A stretch of DNA of 64,000 nucleotides from Thermoanaerobaculia bacterium. GTDB lineage: Bacteria > Acidobacteriota > Thermoanaerobaculia > UBA5066. The notes under the pieces are model-generated. The model had not been told where the DNA came from. It worked only from the letters and a program-made list of their open reading frames with translations, and made no database searches. Below, in pieces: positions 10,491-20,938 of the stretch; positions within the stretch are counted from its first letter, which is position 1, and every line of letters begins with the position of its first letter. The translations under genes and the position numbers were made by a program. The stretch lies in contig CAWFJJ010000030.1 of NCBI GenBank assembly GCA_963816185.1, positions 192,001 to 256,000 on the forward strand. Reading direction: 5' to 3'.

Positions 10491-11692
10491 GCAAGCGCGC
10501 GGACCCCGTCGCGCAACGCCTCGAAGACGGCGCGGTGCCCGTCGGCGCTCCAGTGCATGTCGCCTCCGGGAAGGTACTGGCTCCTGCCCGTCCGGCGGCG
10601 CGCCTCCACGAGAGCGGGCGCCGGATCGAAGCACGTGATGCCCTCGCGCGCGCAGAACGCGCGAAGACGCCGTGCGGGGGCGCCGGGATCGAAGCACGAA
10701 GGACGGAGCCCGTACGCGGCAACCGTCGCGTTCCAGTCGTCCTCCTGCACCGCGTAGCGCTGGGGAAACAGGACGACGGCGAACGCGAACCCGCGCTCTT
10801 TCGCGAGAGCCCGGTAGCCGAGCAGCGTCCGCGAGAGGCGCTCGAAGAAGACGTCGACGAAAGGCGGCGGCCGGACGAGACAGATCCCGAGCCCGTTGAC
10901 CCCGTCGAGAATGAAACGTGACAGGCCGGGTCCGCGCGAGCTTCCGATCGGCTGCGCGGGCAATCCGAACGCGAGATCGAGAAGGCGCAGACGCCGCCTG
11001 ACAGGCGTCGCCGCGGGGACTCCCGTAAGACACGCTCCGGGAATCGTGGCGCGAATCTCGTCGCGCTGCTCGAGGGGGAGCCCCTCCGCCGCCCGCTCGA
11101 TGTGAAAGGCCGGGGGCTCGATGCGGTACTTGCCGGGCGGATCGAGCGCGAGGCCCGCCTGCGCAATGTCGTTCCCGAGCGTGAGGCCCAGAAGCACGAC
11201 GTGTGGATGAAACCGCGCTCCCGAACGATCGAGCCAGAAAAGACCCGTCACCGGCTCCTCGATCTCCGAAATCAGCACCTCCGCGTGACCGCGCGCGGCG
11301 AGATCCTTCTCGAGAAGCCGGGAGAAGGTCTTCTCCTGGTCCACGCGATAACCCGCCGTGAACGAGTCTCCCATCGAAAGGACGCGCACGACGCCGGGGG
11401 GCGGCGTTTCCGGCGTGTCTTCCGAGCGCCGGAAGCCCTGCGCGTTGTTCCTCCAGAAGATGGTGCCGCCGAGGCCGTTCGCGAGACGCCCCTGGAAGCC
11501 CTCTTTCAGGAAGCCACCGGGACCCAGGCCGTCCGCGCGAACAGCGTCACCGTAATCGGGGCCGCCTTTCGTCGCAGGGGCGCGGACGCGCTCGCGAAGC
11601 CGCAAGGCGCCCTCCGCGAGCCCCAGCGCAAGAGCGCTCGAAACGAGGACCGTCGCGGCCGCCTTCAGTCGAGCGCGAACGTCTTCTTCCAA
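10463..11692 (-). CDS. Membrane-anchored SGNH/GDSL-like protein
   Basis: N-terminal TM helix, [17 protein letters not shown] and DMHWSADGH; start uncertain. Confidence 0.75.
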   Translation of the reverse strand: MEEDVRARLKAAATVLVSSALALGLAEGALRLRERVRAPATKGGPDYGDAVRADGLGPGGFLKEGFQGRLANGLGGTIFWRNNAQGFRRSEDTPETPPPGVVRVLSMGDSFTAGYRVDQEKTFSRLLEKDLAARGHAEVLISEIEEPVTGLFWLDRSGARFHPHVVLLGLTLGNDIAQAGLALDPPGKYRIEPPAFHIERAAEGLPLEQRDEIRATIPGACLTGVPAATPVRRRLRLLDLAFGLPAQPIGSSRGPGLSRFILDGVNGLGICLVRPPPFVDVFFERLSRTLLGYRALAKERGFAFAVVLFPQRYAVQEDDWNATVAAYGLRPSCFDPGAPARRLRAFCAREGITCFDPAPALVEARRRTGRSQYLPGGDMHWSADGHRAVFEALRDGVRALAYGKIPSSM

Positions 11693-13700
11693 TCCTCACT
11701 CTCGGCGAACGCCGGCTGGCCCTCGCGTACGAGTACGTGGTTCTCGAGGACGAGGGCGTCCATCGCGGTCCGCATGAAGCACCGGTACGCGTCCTCCGGC
11801 GTGCAGACGATCGGCTCTCCCCGCACGTTGAAGGACGTGTTCACGACGACGGGACAGCCCGTGCGCGCCTGGAACTCGGACAGGATCGCGTGATAGACGG
11901 GATTCGTCTCCCGGCGCACCGTCTGGAGCCGGGCGGAATAATCCACGTGCGTGACTGCGGGGATCGACGAGCGGGGCACGTTGAGCTTCTCGATTCCCCA
12001 GAGCGCCTTCTCTTCTGCGGTCATGGCGCGGCGCTTTTCCGGGACGACGTCGGCGCAGAGCAGCATGTAGGGCGAGTCCCCCTCGAACGTGAACCACCTC
12101 GCCGCCTCCTCGCGGAGCACGGACGGGGCGAACGGCCGGAACGATTCGCGGAACTTGATCTTCAGGTTCATGACCGACTGCATCGCCGGCGAACGCGGAT
12201 CGCCGAGGATGCTCCGCCCGCCGAGCGCCCGCGGCCCGAACTCCATGCGCCCCTGGAGGAGTCCCACGACCTTGCCGTCGGCAAGGAAGTCTGCGCGACG
12301 CCGGGAAGCTCTGAGACGGGATGAAGGTGCGAAATGGGTAATGGCGTCGACTCGAGCCAGGTTTCTATTTGCTTAGAAGGGTAAGAGGGGCCGAGAAACG
12401 CGCCTGACATGCCGTCTTCGTAGGGAGGAAGGGACGAAGAGGAGGATTCTTTGAATGAAAAAGCGATCGGTGCCGGCGATCCACTGCGAGCGGCCGGCGC
12501 GTCGGCCGCAGCGCCTGATTCGGCGTTGCCCTGCCCTATTCCATTCGAAGAAATCTTCTCTTCTCTCTCTTTCTCATTCGCAGAAATCTCTTTTTCTCTT
12601 CTCTCTTCTTTCCCCAGCCTCCACGTCCCGCGCTTCTCCGCGCTCTCCCTCGGCATCCCGAGATGCCGATGCCAAATCGAAAGAGCCGCTCCGACCGCTC
12701 CGCCCGCGTCGCCGGCCGCGGGCTGGATCCAGATGTCGTCGAAGATCCCTGCCTCGAGGAGCCTGCCGTTCGCCACGCAATTCAACGCGACCCCGCCCGC
12801 CATGCAGAGATACCGGGCCCCTGTCGTCTTCCTCGCGTGGCGGGCCATCTTCAGGACGATCTCCTCGGTGACGTCCTGGATCGAACGCGCCAGATCCATC
12901 TCGCGCTGCGTGAGCTTCGACTCGGGCGCGCGCGCCGGCCCGCCGAAGAGCTTCTCGAATGCCGTCCCGGTCATCCTCAGCCGGTCTGCGAAGTCGAAGT
13001 AATCCATGTCGAGCCGGATCGATCCGTCCTCGCAGACGTGGACGAGCTTCTCGCGAATCAGCCCCGCGTACTTCGGCTCGCCGTACGGAGCGAGGCCCAT
13101 GAGCTTGTACTCCCCGCTGTTCACCTTGAACCCGCAGAAGTACGTGAACGCCGAGTAGAGAAGGCCGATGGAGTGGGGAAACTTGAGCTCCGCCTGCATG
13201 TCGAGCCGGTGGCCCGTGCCCATTCCGAGCGAAGAGGTCGCCCACTCCCCCACGCCGTCCATCGTGAGCACGGCCGCCTCCTCGTACGGCGACGGGTAGA
13301 AGGCCGAGGCCGCGTGCGACTCGTGATGATCGGAGAACAGAATCCGGCCCGAAGAGCCCAGCTCTTTCTCGATGCGCTCGGACATCCAGAGGCGATCCGT
13401 GATCCAGAGAGGCATCGCCTTGCGAAACGAAGCGAAACCGCGTGGCGCGTAGTCGAGATACGTCTCGAAGAGGCGCTCGAATTTCACGAGGGGCTTGTCG
13501 TAAAACGCGACGTGGTCGAGGCGGTCGGCCGTGAGAGAGCCGGCCTCGAGGCAATAGCGCGCCGCGTGCGCGGGAAACTCCGCGTCGTGCTTCTTGCGCG
13601 TGAAGCGCTCCTCCTGCGCGGCGGCGACGATCGTCCCGTCGACGAGAAGACACGCCGCCGAGTCGTGGTAGTAGGCCGAGAGGCCGAGGATCGCCGTCAC
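11665..13700 (-). pseudogene. NodU/CmcH/SxtI-family O-carbamoyltransferase, frameshifted near 12290-12350 (real lesion or assembly error)
   Basis: N-part: YYHDSAA, QEERFTRKKH, HHESHAASA, DGVGE, GEYKLMGLAPYG, AGGVALN. C-part in another frame: GRMEFGPRALGGRS, KFRESFRPFAP, NTSFNVRGEP. Confidence 0.8.
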
Positions 13701-13704
13701 GGCT

Positions 13705-13863
13705 CTAGAACAGCGTGTAGATGAAGGGAGCGATGACGCTCTTCTCGGCGAGGACGAGGAGCAGGCCGACGAGGACGAGGAGGAACACGATGGGCATGAG
13801 CCAGTACTTCTTGCGGTACTTGAGGAACTGCCAGAGCTGCGAAAGGACCTCGCTCTTCCTCAT
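13705..13863 (-). CDS. DUF5989/SxtK-like small membrane protein (52 aa)
   Basis: MRKSEVLSQLWQFLKYRKKYWLMP...APFIYTLF signature, sitting between the SxtJ-like gene and the carbamoyltransferase. Confidence 0.85.
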   Translation of the reverse strand: MRKSEVLSQLWQFLKYRKKYWLMPIVFLLVLVGLLLVLAEKSVIAPFIYTLF

Positions 13864-14252
13864 CACCAGATCGTCTCGTAATGGCGCGGGTCGCGATTCC
13901 GTTCCGGGTAAGGCGACCACATCGAGGAGGGCGCGGGCCCGCGCCGCCTCAGCTCGTCGCGCCCGAAGAGGCGCAGGACGAGACCGAGCGGCGTGAGCAC
14001 GAGAAAGAACGTGAGAAAAAGGAAGATCGCGGAGTTGACGCGGCCGAGCACGCGCGCGAAGGCCAGCCAGGCGCGATGAGGCCGGACGAGGAGCGCGGGA
14101 AAAAATGCGGCGAGAAGGAGGAGAGGCCCGCCCAGCGCGAAGACGACGATGGCCGCCGCGTACCGGTGACGCCAGAGAAGCAACGCGCCGAGGACGGCGA
14201 AGGCGCCTCCCACGGTCCACCCGAAGCGGCGGTCTGAGGAACTCTTTTCCAC
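13863..14252 (-). CDS. SxtJ-family membrane protein
   Basis: SDRRFG start, TM helices, W..LG.VNS..FFLVLTPLG..GRD.L pattern. Confidence 0.85.
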   Translation of the reverse strand: MEKSSSDRRFGWTVGGAFAVLGALLLWRHRYAAAIVVFALGGPLLLLAAFFPALLVRPHRAWLAFARVLGRVNSAIFLFLTFFLVLTPLGLVLRLFGRDELRRRGPAPSSMWSPYPERNRDPRHYETIW

Positions 14253-14261
14253 CGACGAATC

Positions 14262-16733
14262 TTAGCTCGCCCGGCGAACGCCGCCGAGCACGGGAGTCGA
14301 GGCCAGCAGCACCGAGAAGTCGAAAGCGGAGAGGGGGGCGCTCACGGCGAAGCCCTGCAGGCGATCGCAGCCGGCGCGCCGCAGAAACTCGATCTGGCCG
14401 AACGTCTCGACCCCTTCCGCGACCACCTCGAGCCCGAGGTCGTGGCCGAGCGTCACCATCGTCTGCACGAGCTTCGCGTTCCGGCTGCCGGAGTCGACCG
14501 GCGTGGACAGCTCACGAAGGAACGCCTGGTCGATCTTCAGCTCGTCGATCGGAAGAATCTGGAGGTACGACAGCGACGAATAGCCGGTCCCGAAGTCGTC
14601 CACGGCCAGGCCGAGTCCGAGCGTTTTCAGCCGGCCGAGGACCGCCATCGTCGCCGCGACGTCCTTCACGAGGAGACTCTCCGTGACCTCGAGCCGCAGG
14701 AGGGACGCGGGCACGCCGTGCGTCGCGAGAATGCGCTCGAGCGTTTCCGCGAGATCGGCCTGCAGGAACTGGATCGGCGACAGGTTGAGGGAGACGGGCA
14801 CGTTCGCGACTCCGTCGCGCTTCCAGGCCGCGAGCCGGCTGCAGACCTCCTCGAAGACCCAGAGCCCGATGGACAGGATGAGGCCGCTCTCCTCGGCGAT
14901 CGGGATGAAGCGGTTTGGCCGGACGAGGCCGAGCTCGGGGTGGTTCCAGCGGAGGAGCGCCTCGGCGCCCATCAGCTCTCCGTCTCGATCCATTTGCGGC
15001 TGGTAGACGATCTCGAGCTCGCCCCGCGCGAGAGCCCTGCGGAGGTCGTTCTCGAGCCGCAGGCGCTCGCCTCCGCCCAACGTCACATCCGGTCCGAACA
15101 CCCGGTAGCCGTTCCCGGCGAGACCCTTCGCGGCGTACATCGCGGCGTCCGCGTGCCTCTGCAGCGTCACGACATCGGGCGCGTCGTCCGGGAACACGCT
15201 CACGCCCACGCTTGCTCCGACGAAGACCTCTTCGCCCCGGAGGTCGAACGGAGCCTTGAGCGCGTCGAGGAGCCGCTCCGGAAGAGAAGGGCCCGCGGTC
15301 GGCGTGCCGGGCACCTCGATCCGAAGCACACAGAATTCGTCGCCGCCCATGCGTGCGAGAACGTCTCCGTTGACGAGCGCGCTCGAAAGTCGGAAAGCGA
15401 CCTCGCGCAGAAGTGCGTCGCCGCCCGCGTGGCCGAACGTATCGTTGACGTGCTTGAAGCGGTCGAGATCGACGTACGCGAGGATCACGCGCTCACCGCT
15501 TCCCAAGGACCGAGAGACGGCTTTCTGGAGGCTCTCCTCGAGTGAGAACCGGTTCGGGAGACTCGTGAGAGAGTCGAACCGCGCCTGAAACGCGAGCTGC
15601 TCGGCAAGCTGCCGCTGCTCGATGGCGATCGCCGCGAGCGAGGCCGCATTCGAAAGAAGGGCTGCGTCGGCACGTTCCGGCCGCCGCGTCTCGTGAAGGA
15701 GAACGCTCAGGGTGCCGAGCACGACGCCGTTTCCCGTCTCGATGGGAATCGTCCAGCACGCGACGATCCCGTGAGGCGCGAAGGTCTCGCGGCAGGCGGC
15801 CCAAAGAGGATCGCCCGGGACGTCGCGCGTCACGACGAGGCGATGCTCTTCGACCGCCCGCGCGAGAGGCGGCGTCGTGGACCCGAGCGGGATGTCCTCG
15901 TGCGCGGTTCCAAAGGGCCCGACCGAGCCGGCGGAGCCCAGGGCGCGAACGCCCTGGCGAAGCGGCGAGATCGCGCAAATCGCGCGCGCGCGCTGGTGCT
16001 CGACGAGGGAGGCGACCTCCGGAAGGACGACGTGCAGCGGCTCGCCGCGCGCGATCTTCTCGAGGATCACCCGCCTGTCCCGATCGAGGAGGTCGCGCCC
16101 CGAAAGCGTGTCTTCCACGAAGCGCCGGTCCTTCCGCTCGCGCTGCAGGAGAACGTCCGCCTGTGCGGCCGACTCGGCGAGCGCGTCGCGCTCGACCAGA
16201 AGGCTCTCGCGCTCCATGTGCACCTGCTTCAAGCGCCTCTTCAGGGGAGCGAACACGCTCAGCGTTCCGACACCCGCTCCGAATGCAGCCAGGGCGAGGG
16301 ACCCGGCGAGAATGCCGCGGCGTTCCCGGCCCGCTGCTTCCCGCGCGGGAGCGAGCGAAAGACCGAGGACGAGCGTGCCGACGCGATTGCCGTCGTAGCT
16401 CACCGCGGCGCGCGCGACGCTCGTCTCTCCTGTCGTCGGCGCCTGCCAGACCGCCGCCGGAAGGCCGGCCCGGTCCAAGACGACGATCGACGCGGGCCGC
16501 CGGCCGGGCACCAGGTCCCTGACCGTCTCGAGGGCACCGTCGGCGTCCTGAAAGACGAGGAGCGCGCCGATCGCGGCCGCCGCCCGGCCGGCGACCGCAT
16601 CCGCCTCGCGGCTGGCAGCCTCCAGAGCGCGCGCCTCCGCGCCCGCGACGCGGACGACGAGGGTCGTCGCCGCGATCAGGCAGACGAGCGCGAGCGACAG
16701 GCCGATGCGGCGAACGAGCGGCATTTCAACCAC
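14262..16733 (-). CDS. Membrane GAF-GGDEF-EAL diguanylate cyclase/phosphodiesterase
   Basis: DSLTSLPNR, DLDRFKHVND, GGDEF, AEALLRW, DDFGTGYSSL, VAEGVE. Confidence 0.92.
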   Translation of the reverse strand: MVEMPLVRRIGLSLALVCLIAATTLVVRVAGAEARALEAASREADAVAGRAAAAIGALLVFQDADGALETVRDLVPGRRPASIVVLDRAGLPAAVWQAPTTGETSVARAAVSYDGNRVGTLVLGLSLAPAREAAGRERRGILAGSLALAAFGAGVGTLSVFAPLKRRLKQVHMERESLLVERDALAESAAQADVLLQRERKDRRFVEDTLSGRDLLDRDRRVILEKIARGEPLHVVLPEVASLVEHQRARAICAISPLRQGVRALGSAGSVGPFGTAHEDIPLGSTTPPLARAVEEHRLVVTRDVPGDPLWAACRETFAPHGIVACWTIPIETGNGVVLGTLSVLLHETRRPERADAALLSNAASLAAIAIEQRQLAEQLAFQARFDSLTSLPNRFSLEESLQKAVSRSLGSGERVILAYVDLDRFKHVNDTFGHAGGDALLREVAFRLSSALVNGDVLARMGGDEFCVLRIEVPGTPTAGPSLPERLLDALKAPFDLRGEEVFVGASVGVSVFPDDAPDVVTLQRHADAAMYAAKGLAGNGYRVFGPDVTLGGGERLRLENDLRRALARGELEIVYQPQMDRDGELMGAEALLRWNHPELGLVRPNRFIPIAEESGLILSIGLWVFEEVCSRLAAWKRDGVANVPVSLNLSPIQFLQADLAETLERILATHGVPASLLRLEVTESLLVKDVAATMAVLGRLKTLGLGLAVDDFGTGYSSLSYLQILPIDELKIDQAFLRELSTPVDSGSRNAKLVQTMVTLGHDLGLEVVAEGVETFGQIEFLRRAGCDRLQGFAVSAPLSAFDFSVLLASTPVLGGVRRAS

Positions 16734-16754
16734 TGTACCCCTCGCGGCGTTCGC

Positions 16755-17681
16755 TCAACGTTCGCGTCCGGCTGCAAACGCCGCGAGATCGGCAAGAGGA
16801 CCGGGATCGCCTTCGAGGTCCCGGGCGGCGTCGCGTGTCGCCGCGAGCGCGAGGTCGCGCTCGCGGAATGCTCCCTCGAGACCGAAGACGGCGGGATACG
16901 TGAGCTTGTTTTGGGCAAGGTCCTTTCCGGCGGTCTTGCCGAGCGTCTCCGAGGTCTGTGTGACGTCGAGGAGATCGTCGGCGATCTGGAAGAGGAGTCC
17001 GAGCGCCTCCCCGTAGCGGGTGACGAGCAGAAGCCGGTTCTCGTCCGCGCCCGCGTGCAGCGCCCCGAGCTCGAGCGAAAGGCGGATGAGCCGCCCCGTC
17101 TTCAGGGAGTGAATGTGGCGAAGGAGCCCGACGCGTTCGGGTTCGGGAACAGACCTTCCCGCGGCCGCGAGATCGAGAGCCTGCCCGCCCGCCATCCCGG
17201 CGAGGCCGATCGCCGCCGCCGTCCACGCGACCGCGCGGGCGCGCCGTGCCGCGCGGGCATCGCCGGCGGGGCGCGTCGCGAGGAGCTCGAAGCCGAGGGT
17301 CTGCAGCGCGTCGCCCGCGAGCAGCGCCGTGGCCTCGCCGAAAACGATGTGGCACGTCGGCCTTCCCCGGCGTAGCGCATCGTCGTCCATGCACGGCAGG
17401 TCGTCGTGGATGAGCGAATACGTATGGAGAAGCTCGAGCGCAGCGGCTGCGTCGAGGGCGTCGTCCGGGAGGCGATCCGCCCCGCAGGACTCGGCTCCCG
17501 CGAGGAAGAGGAGCGGCCGCAGCCTCTTCCCGCCCGCGAGGACGCTGTAGCGCATCGCGGCGACGAGGGCGGCCGGCTCGGCCCCCTCTCTGGGCAGGAC
17601 GGCAAGCAGCGCATCCTCGACATCCCGGCGTCGGCCCTCGAGGGCCGACGGCAGAAGCGCGCCGGTCTTTCCTTCCGTCAT
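16755..17681 (-). CDS. ispA: Polyprenyl (farnesyl) diphosphate synthase
   Basis: GGKRLRP, SLIHDDLPCMDDDALRRG, FQIADDLLD; follows xseB. Confidence 0.92.
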   Translation of the reverse strand: MTEGKTGALLPSALEGRRRDVEDALLAVLPREGAEPAALVAAMRYSVLAGGKRLRPLLFLAGAESCGADRLPDDALDAAAALELLHTYSLIHDDLPCMDDDALRRGRPTCHIVFGEATALLAGDALQTLGFELLATRPAGDARAARRARAVAWTAAAIGLAGMAGGQALDLAAAGRSVPEPERVGLLRHIHSLKTGRLIRLSLELGALHAGADENRLLLVTRYGEALGLLFQIADDLLDVTQTSETLGKTAGKDLAQNKLTYPAVFGLEGAFRERDLALAATRDAARDLEGDPGPLADLAAFAAGRER

Positions 17682-17968
17682 CGCTCCGGCTCTTCCCCGT
17701 CGAGCGCGTCCTCATCCAGCTCGTCGTCGAGGGGCTCCGTCACGAGCGCGTCCGGAGTTTCCTTGAGGACGACCTCCACGCGCTTTTCGATCTCGTCGAT
17801 GCGGCCCCGGCAGAAGCGAGAGAGCGCGATTCCCTCCTCGAAGAGGACGAGGCTTGCCTCGAGCCCTTTCTCGGGGTCTTCGAGCTCGGACACGATGTCC
17901 TGCAGGCGAGAGAGCGCCTTCTCGAACGTGAGGTTCTTCGGAAGGCTCTCGGTCTTCCCCTTACTCAT
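17678..17968 (-). CDS. xseB: Exodeoxyribonuclease VII small subunit
   Basis: TFEKALSRLQDIVSELE..LEASLVLFEEG; lies between xseA and ispA. Confidence 0.9.
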   Translation of the reverse strand: MSKGKTESLPKNLTFEKALSRLQDIVSELEDPEKGLEASLVLFEEGIALSRFCRGRIDEIEKRVEVVLKETPDALVTEPLDDELDEDALDGEEPER

Positions 17969-19412
17969 GATCGACCTCCGTGGAGACGACCCGTGCCCGC
18001 AGGCGGCCGCGCGCAAGGCGGACTCCGAGGCCGTCTCCCGCCGCGACGCGGGCTGCGTCCGTCAAGGGCGCCGACTCTCCCTCTCGCGTGACGACCGCGT
18101 AGCCGCGCGCGAGCACGCGCAACGGGCTCAGCGCCTCGAGCCGCCCCGCGGCTATCGAAAGCCCCTCGTTCGCGGCCGCGACTCGCGCGGTCATCCGGTC
18201 GGCCGCGGCGCGCTGTTCGGCGGCGACCCGGTCGAGGAGGAACGGGAACGCAGCGCGGTCGACCCAGGCCCGCACGCTCTGTTCGTGCCGCGAGACACGG
18301 GAGAGAAGAGAGGAGGGGATTCTTTGAAAGGAAGAGAAGAGGGCGCGCGCCGCGGCGCGCGAATCGAGCCCGGCCTGGCGAACCGACGCTCGAAACTGCG
18401 TCAGGACCGGCGCCGAGACGAGAGAGGCGACGCGGTGCGCCGCCCGGTCCATCTTCCCTTTCAAAGAAATCCTCAAATCTCTCTCCCCGCGGGAGAGGCG
18501 TTCCTCGAAGAGGTCCAGCCGCTCGACGACGAGCTCCGCCGCCTGCGAGGGCGTGGCCGCGCGGAGGTCGGCCGCAAGGTCGGTGAGCGTGATGTCGACT
18601 TCGTGCCCGACCGCCGAGACCACCGGTACCCGAGAGGCGGCCACGGCCCGGACGACCGCCTCGTCGTTGAACGCCGCGAGGTCCTCCTTCGAGCCACCGC
18701 CCCGCGCGACGATGAGGACGTCCGCGGATCCCTCCACGCGGGAAAAAGCCCGCAAGGCGCGCACGATCTCCCACGCCGCCGTCGCGCCCTGGACAGACGC
18801 CGGGTAGAGCGTCACGTGGGCGTTCGGAAAGCGCGCGCCGAGCACCTTGAGGATGTCCCGGAGAGCGGCCCCGTCCCGGGAGGTCACGACGCCGATGCGT
18901 CGCGGGAGGAGCGGGAGCGGGCGCTTCTTCGCGGGATCGAAGAGGCCCTCGGCCTGGAGGCGCGCCTTGAGCTGCTCGAACGCGAGCTGGAGGGCGCCGA
19001 TGCCCGAGGGTTGGAGGTCGGAGACGACGAGAGAGAGCTTGCCGGACGAGGCGTACACATCCGGGTAGCCTCTCGCGAGGACGAGAAGTCCTTCTTCTGC
19101 CTCGAAGGGAAGACGGACGACGGTGCTCCGCCACATCACGCAAGGCATCGCCGCCCGCTCATCCTTCAAAGAAAAATAAAGATGGCCGGAGCCGGGGCGC
19201 CGCAAGTCGGCGATCTCACCCTTCACCCATACGTCCGGAATCCCACCCTTGAGGATCCCGTTCAACCGCTCGACGAGCTCCGACACCGTCATCGCAGTCG
19301 CGTCCGGTCCTCCGTCGAGACCCGCGTCCCCGAGGGACATCTGCGTCTCGGCGACGCGATGCGTTGTCATGCGGCGGAGAAAGTACCCGCGGCCCGGGAT
19401 GCGGCTCGACAT
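17961..19412 (-). CDS. xseA: Exodeoxyribonuclease VII large subunit (start uncertain, 19340-19412)
   Basis: SGHLYFSLKD, ARGGGSKEDL, SAVGHEVD, RAATPS, LARGYA. Confidence 0.93.
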   Translation of the reverse strand: MSSRIPGRGYFLRRMTTHRVAETQMSLGDAGLDGGPDATAMTVSELVERLNGILKGGIPDVWVKGEIADLRRPGSGHLYFSLKDERAAMPCVMWRSTVVRLPFEAEEGLLVLARGYPDVYASSGKLSLVVSDLQPSGIGALQLAFEQLKARLQAEGLFDPAKKRPLPLLPRRIGVVTSRDGAALRDILKVLGARFPNAHVTLYPASVQGATAAWEIVRALRAFSRVEGSADVLIVARGGGSKEDLAAFNDEAVVRAVAASRVPVVSAVGHEVDITLTDLAADLRAATPSQAAELVVERLDLFEERLSRGERDLRISLKGKMDRAAHRVASLVSAPVLTQFRASVRQAGLDSRAAARALFSSFQRIPSSLLSRVSRHEQSVRAWVDRAAFPFLLDRVAAEQRAAADRMTARVAAANEGLSIAAGRLEALSPLRVLARGYAVVTREGESAPLTDAARVAAGDGLGVRLARGRLRARVVSTEVDHE

Positions 19413-19422
19413 CGTCTTGATT

Positions 19423-20577
19423 CTAGTCGGCGGGGCGGCTTGCCCGGGCAGCCGCGAAAGGGAGAGTCGCGACGACGAGCGTCGCCATGAGAACCTCGAC
19501 GTCGCCGAAGTTGTACTCGAACATCCCCGCCGCGAAGAGCGCCGCCATCGCGCCGACCGCTCCGAGGGTGACGCCCCGGAGCGGATGCCCGCGGGGCAGG
19601 GCGCGGATCCGGCGAAAGGCGGCGGTGAAGAACGCCCCCACGAACCACAGATAGGCGAGGGCCGAGGGGATTCCCGTCTCGGCCGCGATCATGACGAGGT
19701 TGTTGTGGAGGTGACCCGGGTGCGGTTCGACCCATCCGGGGACCCGGTAGGCGGAATAGAGACCCCTCACGCGCCCGGGGCCGACCCCGAACAGCGGCCG
19801 TTCGGCGATCATGGCGCCCCCTGCCTTCCACATCGCGATGCGGTCGTTCATCGTGACGTCTTTCGGGTTCGTAACGGACATGAGGCGGTCGCGCACGGCG
19901 AGCGGCATGAGGATGACGAACAGCGCGACCGCGAACGGCGCAGCGAGCGCGAGGCGCGGACGTGCCGCGAGAAGCACGACAAGAAGTCCGACCGCGAGGC
20001 CCAGGTAGGCGCCGCGTGTCAGCGTGAGGGCCGTCGCGAGGATGCCCGCGAGCGCGATCGTGACGTCAGCCCAGCGGGCGCCGCGAGACCCTCCCGAGAT
20101 GCCCCGCGCGCCGAGGAGCGGCACGAGCACGAGGAGGAGGCCCGCGTACGTCATGTAGACCGATAGCCCTCCTGCGATCCGGAAATCGAGGCTCGGCGAA
20201 TCCGAGATCCACTCGACGAGCCCGCGCAGGACGAGGTAGAGCGCGGTGATCCGCCAGGCGTCCACGACGAGCTTCACGTCCGCCATGTCGTCGAAAAGGG
20301 CGGCTACGAAGACGACCAGGAGAAACGTCCCGAAGCCCTTGATCTGGATGAGCGACCGCGAGGGAAGCGTCGAGAAGAGGCAGGAGACCACCGAGAGAAG
20401 AACGAACGCGCCGATGGGCGCATGGAGGGGAGTCGTGCGGCGGAAAGGCCCGAGAAAATCCTCGCCACGCGCGCGCGCCGACAGGCGCCACACGATCGTG
20501 CATGCGAGAGTCAGTACGAGGCAGACGTTGGCGACACCGATCCCGGGGACGCATCCGACTCCGAGGAGGAAGAACAC
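19423..20577 (-). CDS. O-antigen ligase/Wzy_C-family membrane protein
   Basis: Multi-TM, TLTRGAY, R..MW..PLFGVG, HLHNN motif; start uncertain. Confidence 0.8.
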   Translation of the reverse strand: MFFLLGVGCVPGIGVANVCLVLTLACTIVWRLSARARGEDFLGPFRRTTPLHAPIGAFVLLSVVSCLFSTLPSRSLIQIKGFGTFLLVVFVAALFDDMADVKLVVDAWRITALYLVLRGLVEWISDSPSLDFRIAGGLSVYMTYAGLLLVLVPLLGARGISGGSRGARWADVTIALAGILATALTLTRGAYLGLAVGLLVVLLAARPRLALAAPFAVALFVILMPLAVRDRLMSVTNPKDVTMNDRIAMWKAGGAMIAERPLFGVGPGRVRGLYSAYRVPGWVEPHPGHLHNNLVMIAAETGIPSALAYLWFVGAFFTAAFRRIRALPRGHPLRGVTLGAVGAMAALFAAGMFEYNFGDVEVLMATLVVATLPFAAARASRPAD

Positions 20578-20641
20578 GAACGTCGCGCGTTCCCACCCGC
20601 TTCGGCGTGCGATCGGTTCGGGAAAGAGCCTCAGGAAAGGA

Positions 20642-20899
20642 TCAGGCCATCCGGGCGTCGGCCGGAAGAGCCTCCTCGACGAGCATCACGGGGATGTCGG
20701 AGACGATCGGATAGACGCGTCCGCAGGCCGCGCACGAAAGCCCCTCGGTCACGACGGGCTCCTCGTCCTTCAGGCTCTCGCGGTATTTTTCGACCACGCT
20801 TTTCGCGACCTCCGCTTTCAGGAGGCAGAGCGTCACGGGGGGACGCGCGTCGCAGGCGGGACACGCGAGGATGTCGAGAAGCTCCTTGTCGACGGCCAT
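20642..20899 (-). CDS. Trm112-like protein
   Basis: LLDILACPAC...CAACGRVYPIVSDIPVML. Confidence 0.85.
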   Translation of the reverse strand: MAVDKELLDILACPACDARPPVTLCLLKAEVAKSVVEKYRESLKDEEPVVTEGLSCAACGRVYPIVSDIPVMLVEEALPADARMA

Positions 20900-20938
20900 G
20901 GCGCGATCCTAGCAGGGTTCCAACGCGTGGCGCACGAC

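Noticed and set aside
12285-12350. Programmed ribosomal frameshift in the carbamoyltransferase
   Set aside because: No recognisable slippery heptamer, and the region looks as if it may hold more than one indel, which favours decay or sequencing error.
11665-14252. Saxitoxin biosynthesis
   Set aside because: Only the widespread sxtI/J/K-like genes are present, with no sxtA/sxtG-type core genes.
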